NCBI RefSeq assembly: GCF_004010195.1 | Contig: NW_025214213.1 | Span: 7,607-40,322, forward strand | DNA: 32,716 nt | Direction: 5' to 3' | From: Chiloscyllium plagiosum | Lineage: Eukaryota | Shown here: piece by piece, positions 1 to 11,047 of the stretch | Numbering within the stretch: the stretch's first letter is position 1 | Layout: each line of letters begins with the position of its first letter | Made by a program: the position numbers and the translations under genes | The notes under the pieces: generated by a model | Databases searched by the model: none | What the model saw: only the letters and a program-made list of their open reading frames with translations | Told to the model about the DNA's origin: nothing

Positions 1-1884
1 ATTCTATCAGTTATTACAGGGAAGATATCGGGGAGTATCACGGTATTTACGAAGAATCCTGAGGAATGTGTGGCATTTTGGGGGGCCCATAGGGAGTTTG
101 CTGATATTTACAGCGGGCTCCTGGTGAGTGTGTCAGTTTGATTTGTGGTGTTCTGGGGAGCATGCCATTATTTACAGGGGAGGCACAGGGATGTATGCCA
201 GTAATTACAGGGAAGTCCCAGTGAGTGTGCCGCTATTTACAAGGACCCCGGAAAGTGTGCGAATATTTACAAGAGTCCCAGGGAACATGTCAATATTTCC
301 AGATGTCATGTGGAGTGTGTCGATAATCACAAGAGGGCTCTGGGTAGTGTGTCAGTGTTTACAGGGCAGTCCTTAGCAGGGGTGTTCTGAGGTGTGTGTC
401 ATTATTTATAGGGCAGTCCTGATGAATGTGTAAGTATTCACAGAATTTCGGTGGACGATGTGTCGATATTTACCGGGGGTTTCCATGGAGTGTGTTGGTA
501 TTCACAGGGGTGTCCCAGGGCTGTGTTCATAATTTCCCCGCAGTTAAAAGGGAGAGGTTCTGCATTTATGGGGTGTCCCAGGGAGTGTAACTCCATTTAG
601 AGGGGAGGTACTAGGGAATGTGTCGGTATTTACAGGGGTTTCCGGGTGTGTGTCAGTATCTATAGGGGTGTGCAGGCCGGGTGTCATTATTTACAATGGG
701 GTCCTGGGGACTGTGTCGGTATTTATGGGGTGTCGCAGATACTGTATAAGAATTTACAGCAGAAGTCCAGGGATTGTGTTGGTATTTAGAGGAGAGATGT
801 CAAGGCTTGACTCAGTATTTACAGGGGGTCGCAGGGATTGTGCCAATATTAATGCAGGTCATGGGAGTCTGTTTTTATTTACACTGTGGTCCCAGGGAGT
901 GTGTCGCTATTTACAGAGGTTGCCAGGGAGTGTGTCAACTTTTATTTGGGTGCACCGGGAGTTTTTCAGAATTTACTGAGGGCTCTAAAAAGTGTAAATA
1001 CATTTACAGGATGGCTCCCGGGGACTGTATCTGCATTTAAAACAGACCAGCGGGGAATGTGTCAGTATTCACAAGGGAGTCGTGTGTTTTGGCATTTACA
1101 TAGGCTGTCCCGGGACTGTGTCTGCATTCGCAGAGGGATCCTGAGGAGTGTGTCCGTGTTTTGAGGGTAGGTACTAAGGTATGTGTCGGTATTTACAAGA
1201 CATCCCGGGAAATGGGTAATTTGATACAGGCATGGTCCTGGGCAGTGTCTCGATATTTTCAGGGGTGTCCAGGAATTTTGTTAATATTCACAGTGATGTC
1301 CTTGGGGACTGTGTGTGTTGTTATTTACAGGGTGTGTGTTGCCATTTGCAGGGGTGTTCCCAGGCAACGTGTCTGCATTTATTAGGGGTTTCCGGGCATG
1401 TTTCAGAACTTTCAGAACTGAGTGTGTCAGCATTTGAAAGGAGGGGTCCTGAGGAGAGAGGCAAGATTTAAAGTGGACATCCCTTGCATTGTGTCGTAAT
1501 TATAGGGCAGATGGCAGGAAGTGTGTCAATATTTTCAGGGGTGGTTTGGGGATTGCGTCGGCTTATATAATGGGGGTCCCGGGGAGCGTGTCAGTATTTA
1601 CGTTTGGCGTCCAGTGAGTGTGGCATTATTTACCTGGGAGGTGGTGTGGGGTCCCTGGCCATTTGTCGGCATTGACGGGGGATACGAGGAATGTGTTGCT
1701 ATTTATAGGGGGCGACTTGGGGTGTTTGGCAGTATTTAAGTGGGGTGCCCAGGGAACTCTGTACTTAGATGGGGTCCTGGGCAGAATGTCAGTATTCACA
1801 GGGAGCGTCACGGGAAGTGTGTCAATATTTACAGGGGTGTCCAGGGGACTGTGTCAGTATGTGCAGGTGTGTTCAGGGAGTGTG

Positions 1885-1984
1885 GAGCTGAAAATATGTT
1901 GCTGGAAAAGCGCAGCAGGTTAGGCAGCATCCAAGGAACAGGAGAATCGACGTTTCGGACATAAGCCCTTCTTCAGGAACTCCC
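1885..1984 (-). mobile_element. 100-bp Penelope-like element terminal-repeat fragment
   Basis: Non-satellite insert flanked by the exact 15-bp direct repeat TGTTCAGGGAGTGTG (1870-1884 and 1985-1999). Minus strand reads TTCCTGAAGAAGGGCTTATGTCCGAAACGTCGATTCTCC, the minimal hammerhead arrangement known from Penelope-like elements. The family assignment is by recognition, not by search. Confidence 0.75.
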
Positions 1985-1989
1985 TGTTC
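1936..1989 (-). ncRNA. Minimal type I hammerhead ribozyme-like motif
   Basis: Minus strand: CUGAAGA (1976-1970), an extra A, stem II GGGC-UUAU-GUCC (1968-1957), GAAA (1956-1953), CG, then UC (1950-1949) as the predicted cleavage site. Possible stem I is GAACAGG/CCUGUUC. Confidence 0.65.
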
Positions 1990-2296
1990 AGGGAGTGTGT
2001 CAGTATTTAGAGGGGATCCTGAGGGATGCGCCAGTTTTCAAAGGCGGGGTGCGAGTAGTGTGTCGGTATTTACATAAGTGGTCACAGGGATTCCTGGCAG
2101 TGTGCCCATACTGGAAACTATGTCGGCATTTATAGGAATACAGGCGACTGTGTTATTACAAATGCGGGAGAGGAGTGGGTGCGGGACTGTGTCAGTATTT
2201 ACAAGTGGGTCCTGGTGGGTCTGTCGATATTTAGACGTAGGACCCGTCAACTGTGTCTGTATCACAGGGAATCCCGGGGAGTGTGTTGGCATTTAC

Positions 2297-3815
2297 AAGG
2301 GCTATAGTTGTCATATACATGGACTTTAGTAAGGCGTTTGATAAGGTTCCCCGTGGTAAGTCAAAGGAGAAAATGAAGTCACACGGTGTGCAGGGTGTTC
2401 TAGCGAGGTGGATAAAGAACTGGTTGAGCAACAGGAGACAGAGAGTGGTAGTTGATGGGAGTTTCTCAAAATGGAGAAAGCTGACCAGTGGTGTTCCACA
2501 GGGTTCAGTTCTGAAGCCACAGTTGTTTGTAATATATATAAATGATATGGAAGAGGTCTTTCTTGTCTGATCAATAAGTTCGCAGTTGACATGAAGATTG
2601 GTGGAGTTGCAAAAAGCATAGGGGACTTTAAAGAATACAAGAGAATATTGATAGACTGGATAGTTGGGCGGAGAAGTGGCAGATGGAGTTCAACATAGCA
2701 AAATGTGAGGTGATGCATTTTAGAAATTAAAATTCGACAGCAAACTATACTGCAAATGCAAGAGCCTTGGAAAAATTTGCTGATCCATTGTACCCTGGAG
2801 CTAAGATCCATTGTACTATGGAGATGGCTGCACACGTGGATAAATTGGTCAAGAATGCACATGGTATGCTTGCCTTCACCGGACGGGGTATTGAGTGTAA
2901 GAGCTGGCAGATCATGTTCAAATTGTACAACACATTGGTTCGGCTGCATTTAGAGTACTGCATATAGTTTTGGTCGACACATTACCAAAGGATCTAGACG
3001 CTTTGGAGAGTGTGCAGAGAAAGTTTACAAGGATCTTATATGGTATGGAAGGTGCTCACTATGAAGAGAAGTTGAGTAGGTTAGATTGTTTTCATTAGAA
3101 AAAAGCAGATTTGTGGGGAACCCGAATCAGATCTACAAATCATGAAGGTGAGGACAGGGGAAATAGAGATTCTTTCCCAGGGTGAGGGATTCAATAATGG
3201 TAGGTCATGTGTTCAAGGTGAGAGCTGAATAGTTTTAGGTGGATATATACAGCAAGTACTTTATACAGAGATTAGATCCCCCACAGTGTGGATCCAGGCC
3301 CTTCGGCCCAACCAGTCCACACCAACCCTCCAAAGAGTAACCCACCCAGATCTATTTCCCTCTGTCTAATGCACCTAACACTACGGGCAATTTAGCATGG
3401 CCAATTCACCTGACCTGCAGTCCACATCTTTTGACTGTGGGAGGAAACCGTAGCACCCGGAGGAAACCCACGCAGACACGGGGGCAATGTGCAACCTGCA
3501 CACAGACAGTCGCCTGAGGCTGGAATCGAACTTGGGACCCTGGTGCTATGAGGCAGCAGTGTTGACCACTGAGCCACTGTGCCACCCACAAGAGGGTGGT
3601 ATATGGAACGCTTTGCCAGCAGAGGTAGTAGAGGCAGGTATAGTAGATTCATTTAAGGTGCCTCTGGACAGATGCATGAGTTGGTGAGGAGCAGAGGAAT
3701 ACACATGCTTGAGAATTGGGCAATAGATATCGACACATGCAGGATTTGGATTTGGTCAGGCTTGAACGGCTGAAGGGCCTGTTGCTGTGCTGTAAATTTT
3801 CTTTGTTCTTTGTTC
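2297..3815 (+). mobile_element. 5'-truncated, decayed CR1-clade LINE (RT C-terminal half plus 3' UTR), tail class (CTTTGTT)n; contains a nested SINE
   Basis: Peptides YMDFSKAFDKVP, SGVPQGSVL, YINDM and LYNTLVRLHLEYC; FADD has decayed to FAVD; many stops and frameshifts. Tail TTCTTTGTTCTTTGTTC; 7-bp TSD CATTTAC (2290-2296 and 3816-3822). Confidence 0.93.
3271..3587 (-). mobile_element. tRNA-derived HE1-like V-SINE nested in LINE
   Basis: Minus strand begins GGGTGGCACAGTGGCTCAGTGG (A box) with B-box-like AGTTCGATTCC, then the V-domain GTGTCTGCGTGGGTTTCCTCCGGGTGCT, a GGGCCGAAGGGCCTG 3' region and an ATCTAAT tail. Imperfect TSD ACAGAG/ACAAGAG. Confidence 0.92.
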
Positions 3816-4943
3816 CATTTACCTGGGAGGGCACAGGCAGGGTGAGGCATGGTGAGTGCGCTTTTATACACAGGTGGTGTCACGGGAGGTGTGTGGGTAT
3901 CTGCTGACCTTCTCAGGGAGTGTGATGATATTTACAGTGGGATCCTGGAGAATGTGTCAGTACTTACAGGGGGCTACTGGGGACTGTCAGTATTTAGATA
4001 GGGGTCTCAGTAAGTGTGTCGTTATTTACAGTGGGACCTTGGGGAGTGTGTCGGTATTTACAGAGCTTCCCTGGGAATGTTTTGGTGTTTGCAGGGGGGG
4101 CGGGGACAGTGGCAGACTAGGTCCCAGGGAGTGTTTCAGTATTTACAAAGGACCCTTGGGGAGTGTGTCACCGTTTACGTGGGGTCTCGAGGGCTGTGTC
4201 GATATTTACAGAGAGTTACAAGGAGTGTGTCGGTATTTACTGGTGGGGTCCCAGGGAATTGGTCCACAATTCCGGGGAAGGTTTCGGGGAGTATATCAAT
4301 TTTTAGAATGGGGGTACCTGGTAATGTGTCAGCATTTATAAAGGGTTTCCCGGGTGTGTGTCACTATTCCAGTCTGTTCCCGCAGAGTGTGTCAGAACTA
4401 ACAAGGGTTCCCAAGGAGCATGTTAGCATTTACACGGGGGTTTGAGCTGTGTGTAAGTATTTAGTGGGGGAGGGGGGTGATCTGGAGAGTATGCCAGTGT
4501 TTACAGTGGGAGTCCCTGGCTCTGTGTCGGCATTTACAGTGGGGATCCCGGGAGTGTGTCCGCATATGCAGGGGGTCCCGGTTGAGTGTCAGGATATACG
4601 TTGTGTGGTGTACCAGGGAATGTGTTGTTAATTACAGGGGGGTACGGGGGACTGTATCTGCATTTACAGCAGAGGTTCTACAGAGTTGTCTGTATTTAAA
4701 GGAGAGATCCAAGCGAGTGTGTCAGCATTTGCAGTGGGGTCTCTCTGGGGAGGTGTCAGTACTTACAAGAGGGCTCAGGGCAGTGTGTCTCTGTTTCCAG
4801 GCTGTCCTGGCGAGTGTCTGTGTGTGCAGTTTGGATCCCGGGGGTGTGTCGGTATTTACCAGGAGTGGTTTCCGGGGAAGTGCTTTCGAATTTAGAGGAG
4901 TGTGTTGTTATTTAGAAGGTTTTCCAAAGACGTGTGCCCGCAT
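3816..4943 (+). repeat. Satellite A, block 2
   Basis: Same approximately 32-bp GAGTGTGTCGGTATTTACAG periodic unit. Confidence 0.92.
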
Positions 4944-5136
4944 GTGGAGGCCAGGTCTCTGGATACTTTCGAGAAAGAGTTGGATAGAGCTCTTAAGGCT
5001 AGTGGAATCAAGGGTTATGAGGATAAGGCAGGAACAGGATACTGATTGAGGATGATCAGCCATGATCATAATGAATAGTGGTGCTGGCTGGAAGGGCAGA
5101 ATGGCCTACTCCTGCATCTACTGTCTATTATATTAT
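4944..5136 (+). mobile_element. Short 3'-end fragment of a distinct CR1/L2-group LINE, tail class (GTCTATT)n
   Basis: Non-satellite insert encoding VEARSLDTFEKELDRAL, which parallels the ORF2 C-terminus of the other copies (VEAGIVDSFKVPLDR). It ends GAAGGGCAGAATGGCCTACTCCTGCATCTACTGTCTATTATATTAT, and satellite phase resumes afterwards. Confidence 0.8.
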
Positions 5137-7516
5137 ATTTACAGGGTGGATCCCAGGGAGTGTGTCGATATTTACAGGAGGGGGCTTCCAGCAAATGTGT
5201 TGGCCTTTAGAAGGGGATACTGGAGAATGTGTCGGTATTTACAAGTGGGTCCCAAGGAGTTTTGCTATTTACATGTTGGTGACGCAGAATATATTAGCGT
5301 TTAGAAGGGTGTCCAAGGGATTCTGTCGGTATTTACACGGGGTGTTCTGCAGAGTGCGTTGGTATTTACTGGGGGCTGGGTCCGGCGGGGTGCCCCAGTA
5401 TTGCAGGGGGTTCAAGGGGAATCTGTCAGTATTTTCAACGAGGGCACGGAGCATGTGTTGGTAATTACACGGGGCAATGTGTGCATTCATAACAGAGATT
5501 CCGTGGATTATGTAGGTATGTACGGGCAAGGGTCACGTAGAGTGTGTCAATAGATACACGGGGTCCTGGGGAGTGTGTCCATATTTGTATATGGGGGCAT
5601 GGAGTATGTCGGTTTTTACAGTGGCGGCTCGTGAGTTTGTGTCAGTATTTAGAGGGGATCCCAGTGGCGTGACAGTATTTATGGGGTGTCATGGGGAGTG
5701 TATCGGTATTTAGATGGGGTACGAGGGAGTATGTTAGTATTTACAGGGTGTCCCTGGGGTGTGTCAGCACTGACAGAGGGTCTTGCAGAGTGTGCCTCTA
5801 TTTAAAGTGGGGCTCAGGAGAGGGTGTCAATATTGCAGGGGGAACAAAGGAATTGCGTTGGTACTTACAAGGGGTTCCAGTGGACTGCGTCTATATTTGC
5901 AGACATTCTCTGGGAGTGTGGTTGCATGTACCAGATGGGTTCCTGGGGATTGCGTTGGTACTTAAGTGGAGGTCCTGGGAGGTGTGTCGGTATTCTCCAA
6001 AGTGGGTCACGGGGAGTGTGTCAGTATTTACAGAGGGTCCCGGAGAGTATGTCGGTATTTACTGGAGAGGGGTGCCAGGGAGACTCTCAGTATTTACAGG
6101 GAGTCCCACGGAATGTGTCAGCATTTACAGGGTGTCTCAGGGATTGTGTTGTTATTTAGTGGGTGGTCCCACGGATTTTCAGCCGGACTTGGTGAGTGTG
6201 TGGATACTTATACGGTGTTCCCCGGAAGTGTGTCAGTAGTTACAGGGGCGTCCAAGGGAAAGTGTCCGCAATTAAAGGCTGTGTCCTGGGGAGTCTGTCT
6301 GTAAATACAGGGAGTCTCAGGGAGTGTTTCAGTATTTAGAGAGGTCAGTACTAACATTGGGATGCAGAAAGCGTGTTAGCATTTTCGGTGTGGACCTGGT
6401 GAATGTGTCGTTATTTACAAGTGGGTCACGAGGAGTGTGTCAGTAATCAAAGACGTTTTGCAAGATGTGTGTCAGTATTTACAAACGGCGTCCTGAGGAG
6501 TGTATCTGTATTTAAAGGGCAGGTACCAGGGAGTGTATCGGTATTCCAGGGAGAGTCCATGGAATGCGTCAGTGATTTTTTTCTTCTGGAAAGTGCCAGG
6601 AGTGTGTCTGTATTTACAGGGGAGGTACCAGGGAGTGTGTCGGTATTACAGGTGGAACCCAGGGAATATGTCAGCACTTTTTAGGGGTAGTTGAGTTTGT
6701 CTGTATTTGCAGATAGGTTCTGGTGAGTCTGTCGGTATTTGCAATGGGCTCTCTGCGAGTGTGTCGTCATTTACAAGTGGTTCCCAAAGAGTGTGTTGTT
6801 ATTTACGATGGACAGTTTCGGGGAGTGTGTTGGTATTTACAGAGTGTGTCCTGGAGAGTCTGTCAGTATTGAAAAGGGGAACCCAGAATGTGGGTCCATA
6901 CTTGCAGGGAGGGTCCCAGGCGCATGTCAGTAATTACAAGGTGTCATAGCAAGAGTGACCGTATTTTCAGGTGGTGTTGCTGGGGAGCGAGGGTCCCATG
7001 GAGTCTGCCTGTATAAAAGTGGGGGTCCCGGTGACCAAGTTGGTATTTACAGGAGGTTACTAATGGGTGTGTCTATAATCAGAGGGGGACACCAGTGAAT
7101 GTGTCAGCATTTATAGGGGTCCTGGAGAGTGTGTCGGTACTTACAGTTACATCCCAGGGAGTCTGTCCCTAATTACAGTGGGGGCCCCGGTGACTGTGTC
7201 CGTATTTAAATGTGGGGTCCCGGGGACTGTGTCTGTATTTGCAGGAGGTTTCTGGGGAGTTTTTCAGTACTTACAGCGGTTTTCCATGGAATGTTTCTTT
7301 TTTTTAACAGGTGGATCCCGGGGTGTTTGGTGGTATTTATGGCGGGCCCCGTGGAGTGTGTCAGCACTTCCAGGAGGTCTCGGGGAGTGTGTCGGTATTT
7401 GGAAGGGGTTCCCAGGGAGTGTGTCGGTATTGACAGGGAGTGTCCCGCAAAGAATGTCCCTACTTACAGGCTGAATCACGGGAATGATGTGTTGGTAGTT
7501 ACAAGGGGTTCCCGCT
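5137..7516 (+). repeat. Satellite A, block 3
   Basis: Periodic unit, e.g. GAGTGTGTCTGTATTTACAGGGGAGGTACCAGG (33 bp, from 6600) followed by a 31-bp unit. Confidence 0.93.
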
Positions 7517-10366
7517 GTTAGAATCAGGAGCGGAGCAGTCACATTGTTGGAATTTTTAATAGTGCTCCACAGAGTTCCAAGGAGGTGGAAGAGAGGATTG
7601 GCAAAATTATTCTGGGTAGGAGTGAAAGGAAAAGAGTGGTCATTATGGGGGACTTTAACTTCCCCAACATTGACTGGAAATGCTATATCTCCAGAATAAC
7701 GGATTGTTCAGTTTTTTGTCCAACGTGTACAGGAAAGTTTCTGACACAGAATGTCGAAGGGCCGAAAAGAGAGGAGGCCACACTTAATCTGGTGCTTGGT
7801 AATGAACCAGGCCAGATGTTTGATTTAGTTGGAGGTGAACACTTTGGAGAGAGTGACCCTAATTCAGTTGCGTTTAGTTTGGCGATGGGAAGAGAGACGT
7901 ACATGCTACAGGCTAAGTGTTATCGATGGGGCAAGGGCTATTATAATGCGAAAAGGCAAGAATTAGGACGCATAGCATGTGTTAGCAAAATGCATGTGAT
8001 GCAGACAATAGAAATGTGGAGTTGTTTGAAGGAACAGATATTGCATGTCCTTGATAGTTATGTTCCTGTTCGGCAAGGAGGAAGTGATAAGGTAAGGAAA
8101 CCATGGTTTACTGCTGAAATTACATTTCTTGTTAAGCAGAAGGATGTTTATGTGTCGTTAAGGCAAGATGGTCCAGATGAGGGGATGGAGAGTTATAGGT
8201 CAGCTAGGAAGGATTTAAAGAGAGAGTTAAGATGAGCTAAATATTAGATTAGATTACTTACAGTGTAGAAACAGGCCCTTCGGCCCAACAAGTCCACACC
8301 GACCCGCCGAAGCGCAACCCACCCATACCCCTACCCCTACATTTACCCCTTACCTAACTCTACGGGCAATTAAGCATGGCCAATTCACCTGACCTGCACA
8401 TCTTTGGGCTGTGGGAGGAAACAGGAGCACCCGGAGGAAGCCCACGCAGACACGGGGAGAACGTACAAACTCCACACAGTCCGGAGGCGGGAATTGAACC
8501 ACTGTGCCACCGTGCCGCCCACAAAGGAAGGACACGAGCAGACTTTAGCAAATAGAATAAATGAGAACACTAAAGTTTTCTACAGGTATGTGAGGAATAA
8601 AAGGATGAGTAGGATATGAATAGGGCCAGTCAGAGACAGAAGTGGGAAGTTGAGTGTGAACACTGTGGAGATCGGAGAGATGCTAAACGAACATTTCTCA
8701 TCGCGATTCACTTAGGTAAAGGAAAATATTGCAGAGGAGAAGACTGAGTTACGCGATGTTAGACTAGAAAGGATCGAGGTTAGTTACGAACTTGTGTTAT
8801 CATTTCGAGAAGGAGTGAAAGTAGACAAGTCCCCTGGGCCAAATGGGATTTATCTGAGGATTCTCTAGGAAGCTAAAGACGAGATAGCAGAGCCATTGGC
8901 TTTGATATTAGAGTTGTCGTTGCCTACAGGTTTAGTACCAGATGATTGGAGGATTGCAAATGTTGTGCCATTGCCAAAGAAGGGCAGTCGAGATGCCCCA
9001 GGTAATTAGAGACCTTACTTCTGATGTGGGGAAGGTTTTGGAAAGGAGTATAAGAGATAAGATTTATCGTTATCTAGCAAGCAACAATTTTATATCAGAC
9101 AGTTAACATGGTTTTGTCAAGGGCAGGTCGTGTCTCACAAACCTCACTGAGATTTTTTTCAGAAGATAACCAAGCATGCAGATGAGGGTAGGGCAGTTGA
9201 TGTGGTATACATAGACTTCAGTAATGCCTTTTATAATATTCCACATAGTGGCTGTTGGAGACTATGCACAAGCATTGGATTGAAAGTGATTTAACAGTTC
9301 CAATTAGAATCTGGCTTTCTGAAAACAAGCAGCGAATGGTGGTTGATGGAAAATATTCAGCCTGGAGGTTGGTTACTGGTGGAGTACCACAAGGATCTGT
9401 TTTGGGATCATTGCTGTTTGTCATTTTTATAAATTACTTAGAGGCAGGCATAAGTGGATGGATCAGTAAATTTGCAGATCACACTAAGATCGTTGGAGCA
9501 GCGGACACTTTGGAAGCATGTTACAGGTTGCGGGAGACTTGGATAAACTGCAGAATTGGGTGAAAGGTGGAAACTGGCGTTCAATCCAGGTAAATGTGAG
9601 GTGATGCTCTTTTGGAAGAATAACAGGAAGGCTGACTACGGGGTATATGGAACATTATTGATAATGTGGATGTGCAGAGGGATCTTGGTGTCCATGTACA
9701 TAGATCCCTGAAAGTTGCCACCCAGATGTTTAGTGCTGTTGAGAAGGCAGTCGGTGTGTTAGATTTCATTCGTAGAGAGATTGAGTTCCAGAGCCACAAT
9801 ATCATGCTGCAAATATACAAAACACTCGTGCGGCCACACCTGGAAGACTGTGCACAATTCTGGTCCCCATATTTCGGGAAGGATGTGGAAGGAATGGAAA
9901 AGGTGAAGGGCAGATTTGCCAGGATATTGCCTGGTCTGGAGGGAAGGTCTTATGAGGAAATCTTGAGAGACTTGGATCTGTTCTCATTGGAAAAATGAAG
10001 GCTTAGAGTGCATTTGATAGAGACATAAAAGATGATCAGAGTATGAGATATCGTAACAGTGGAAGTCTTTTGCTTAGGATGATGACCTCAGGTTGTACGA
10101 GGGGACGTAACTACAAATTGAGGGATGATAGATTTAAGACAGATGTCAGAGGCAGGAATTTTCTGAGAGAGTTGTAAGCTTGGCTTACATGTCTGCCAAT
10201 GCAGTTAACTTAGCCACATCAGGGAGATTGAAACATTCATTGGATAAGCACATGGACGATGATGGGTTAGTGTAGGAGGACGAGCTGAGAGTAGTTCAAA
10301 GGTTGGCACAACATCGAGGGCCGAAGGGCCTATACTGCACTGCATTGTTCTCTGTTCTAGGTTCTA
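7517..10366 (+). mobile_element. 5'-truncated, decayed CR1-clade LINE (APE endonuclease, RT and 3' UTR), tail class (TGTTCTA)n; contains a nested SINE
   Basis: APE motifs VIMGDFNFPNIDW and GEHFGESDPN (decayed SDH); RT motifs GVPQGSVLG, KFADHTK and YKTLVRPHLEDCAQFWSP; in-frame stops. Tail TGTTCTCTGTTCTAGGTTCTA; no clear TSD. Confidence 0.94.
8243..8520 (-). mobile_element. HE1-like V-SINE with internal deletion in the tRNA head, nested in LINE
   Basis: Minus strand GGGCGGCACGGTGGCACAGTGGTTCAATTCCCGCC, intact V-domain and (AATCT)n tail; closely similar to the copy at 15210-15508. Confidence 0.92.
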
Positions 10367-11047
10367 TCTTGTCAGTAGTTGCAGAGAGTGCTGGTGAGTG
10401 TGTCGGTAGATATTGCGTTGCCCCAGAGATGTGTGTCGGTATTTTCGTGTGTGGTGTACGGGGCAGAGGGTCGATATTTCTAGAGGGCCACAGGGAGTAT
10501 GTCAACATTTGCAATGTGTCTTGGGGACTGTGTTGTTATTTAGAGGGTGGCTCGACGGAGTGTGTCTGTATTAGCAGGCTGGGTGTCAAGGAGTGTGTTG
10601 GTATTTACAGGGGTGTTCCGAGGGAGCCTGTCCTCATGTACATGTGAGTCCTGCGGTGTGTGATGGTATTTACAGCGGATGCCCTATGCAGTGTGTGCAT
10701 ATTTACATGGGGGTCCCATGGAGAGTGTTAGCATTTGCATGGTATCCCATGGAGTGTGCCAGCATTTACCTGAATTTTGGAATCTGCGTCAGCATTTGGC
10801 TTGGGGGGTTCCCGAGGAATGTGTCGATCGTTACAAGTGCGTCCCGGGAGGTCTCAGTTGTCACAGGGAGAGCCTGGGTAATGTGTCGGTATTTCCGGAT
10901 GTCCTGGGGAGACTGTCAGTATTTAAATCGGTGTTCCAAGAGATGTATTGATATTCACAGGTGGATCGCATGCATTTAGTCGAAATTTACAAGGGACTCC
11001 CGGGACTGTGTCCGTATTTATAAGTGTCTCCCGTGGAATGTGTTGGT
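10367..11047 (+). repeat. Satellite A, block 4 (last)
   Basis: Same periodic unit; the last recognisable motif is GGAATGTGTTGGT at 11035-11047. Confidence 0.9.

Larger units (their letters stand above)
1..2296 (+). repeat. Satellite/minisatellite A, block 1: diverged 31-33 bp tandem unit, approximate consensus GGGAGTGTGTCGGTATTTACAGGGGGGTCCCA (interrupted at 1885-1984)
   Basis: GAGTGTGTC(G/A)GTATTTACAG core recurs about every 32 bp with variable G-rich linkers; strong G>C skew on +. Confidence 0.93.

Noticed and set aside
1402..1419. 9-bp tandem duplication TTCAGAACT in satellite A
   Set aside because: Ordinary slippage-scale event with no insert or further structure.
3856..7521. Cys/Gly/Val-rich ORFs with recurring CRYLQ and SVSVFTG peptides (zinc-finger- or keratin-like)
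   Set aside because: They are translations of the 31-33 bp repeat appearing in all three frames with constant frameshifts; no C2H2 spacing or exon structure.
1..11047. CRISPR-like appearance (conserved motif plus variable spacer) in satellites A and B
   Set aside because: The conserved parts are degenerate, the 'spacers' are short and homologous to each other, there are no cas genes, and the context is vertebrate retroelements.
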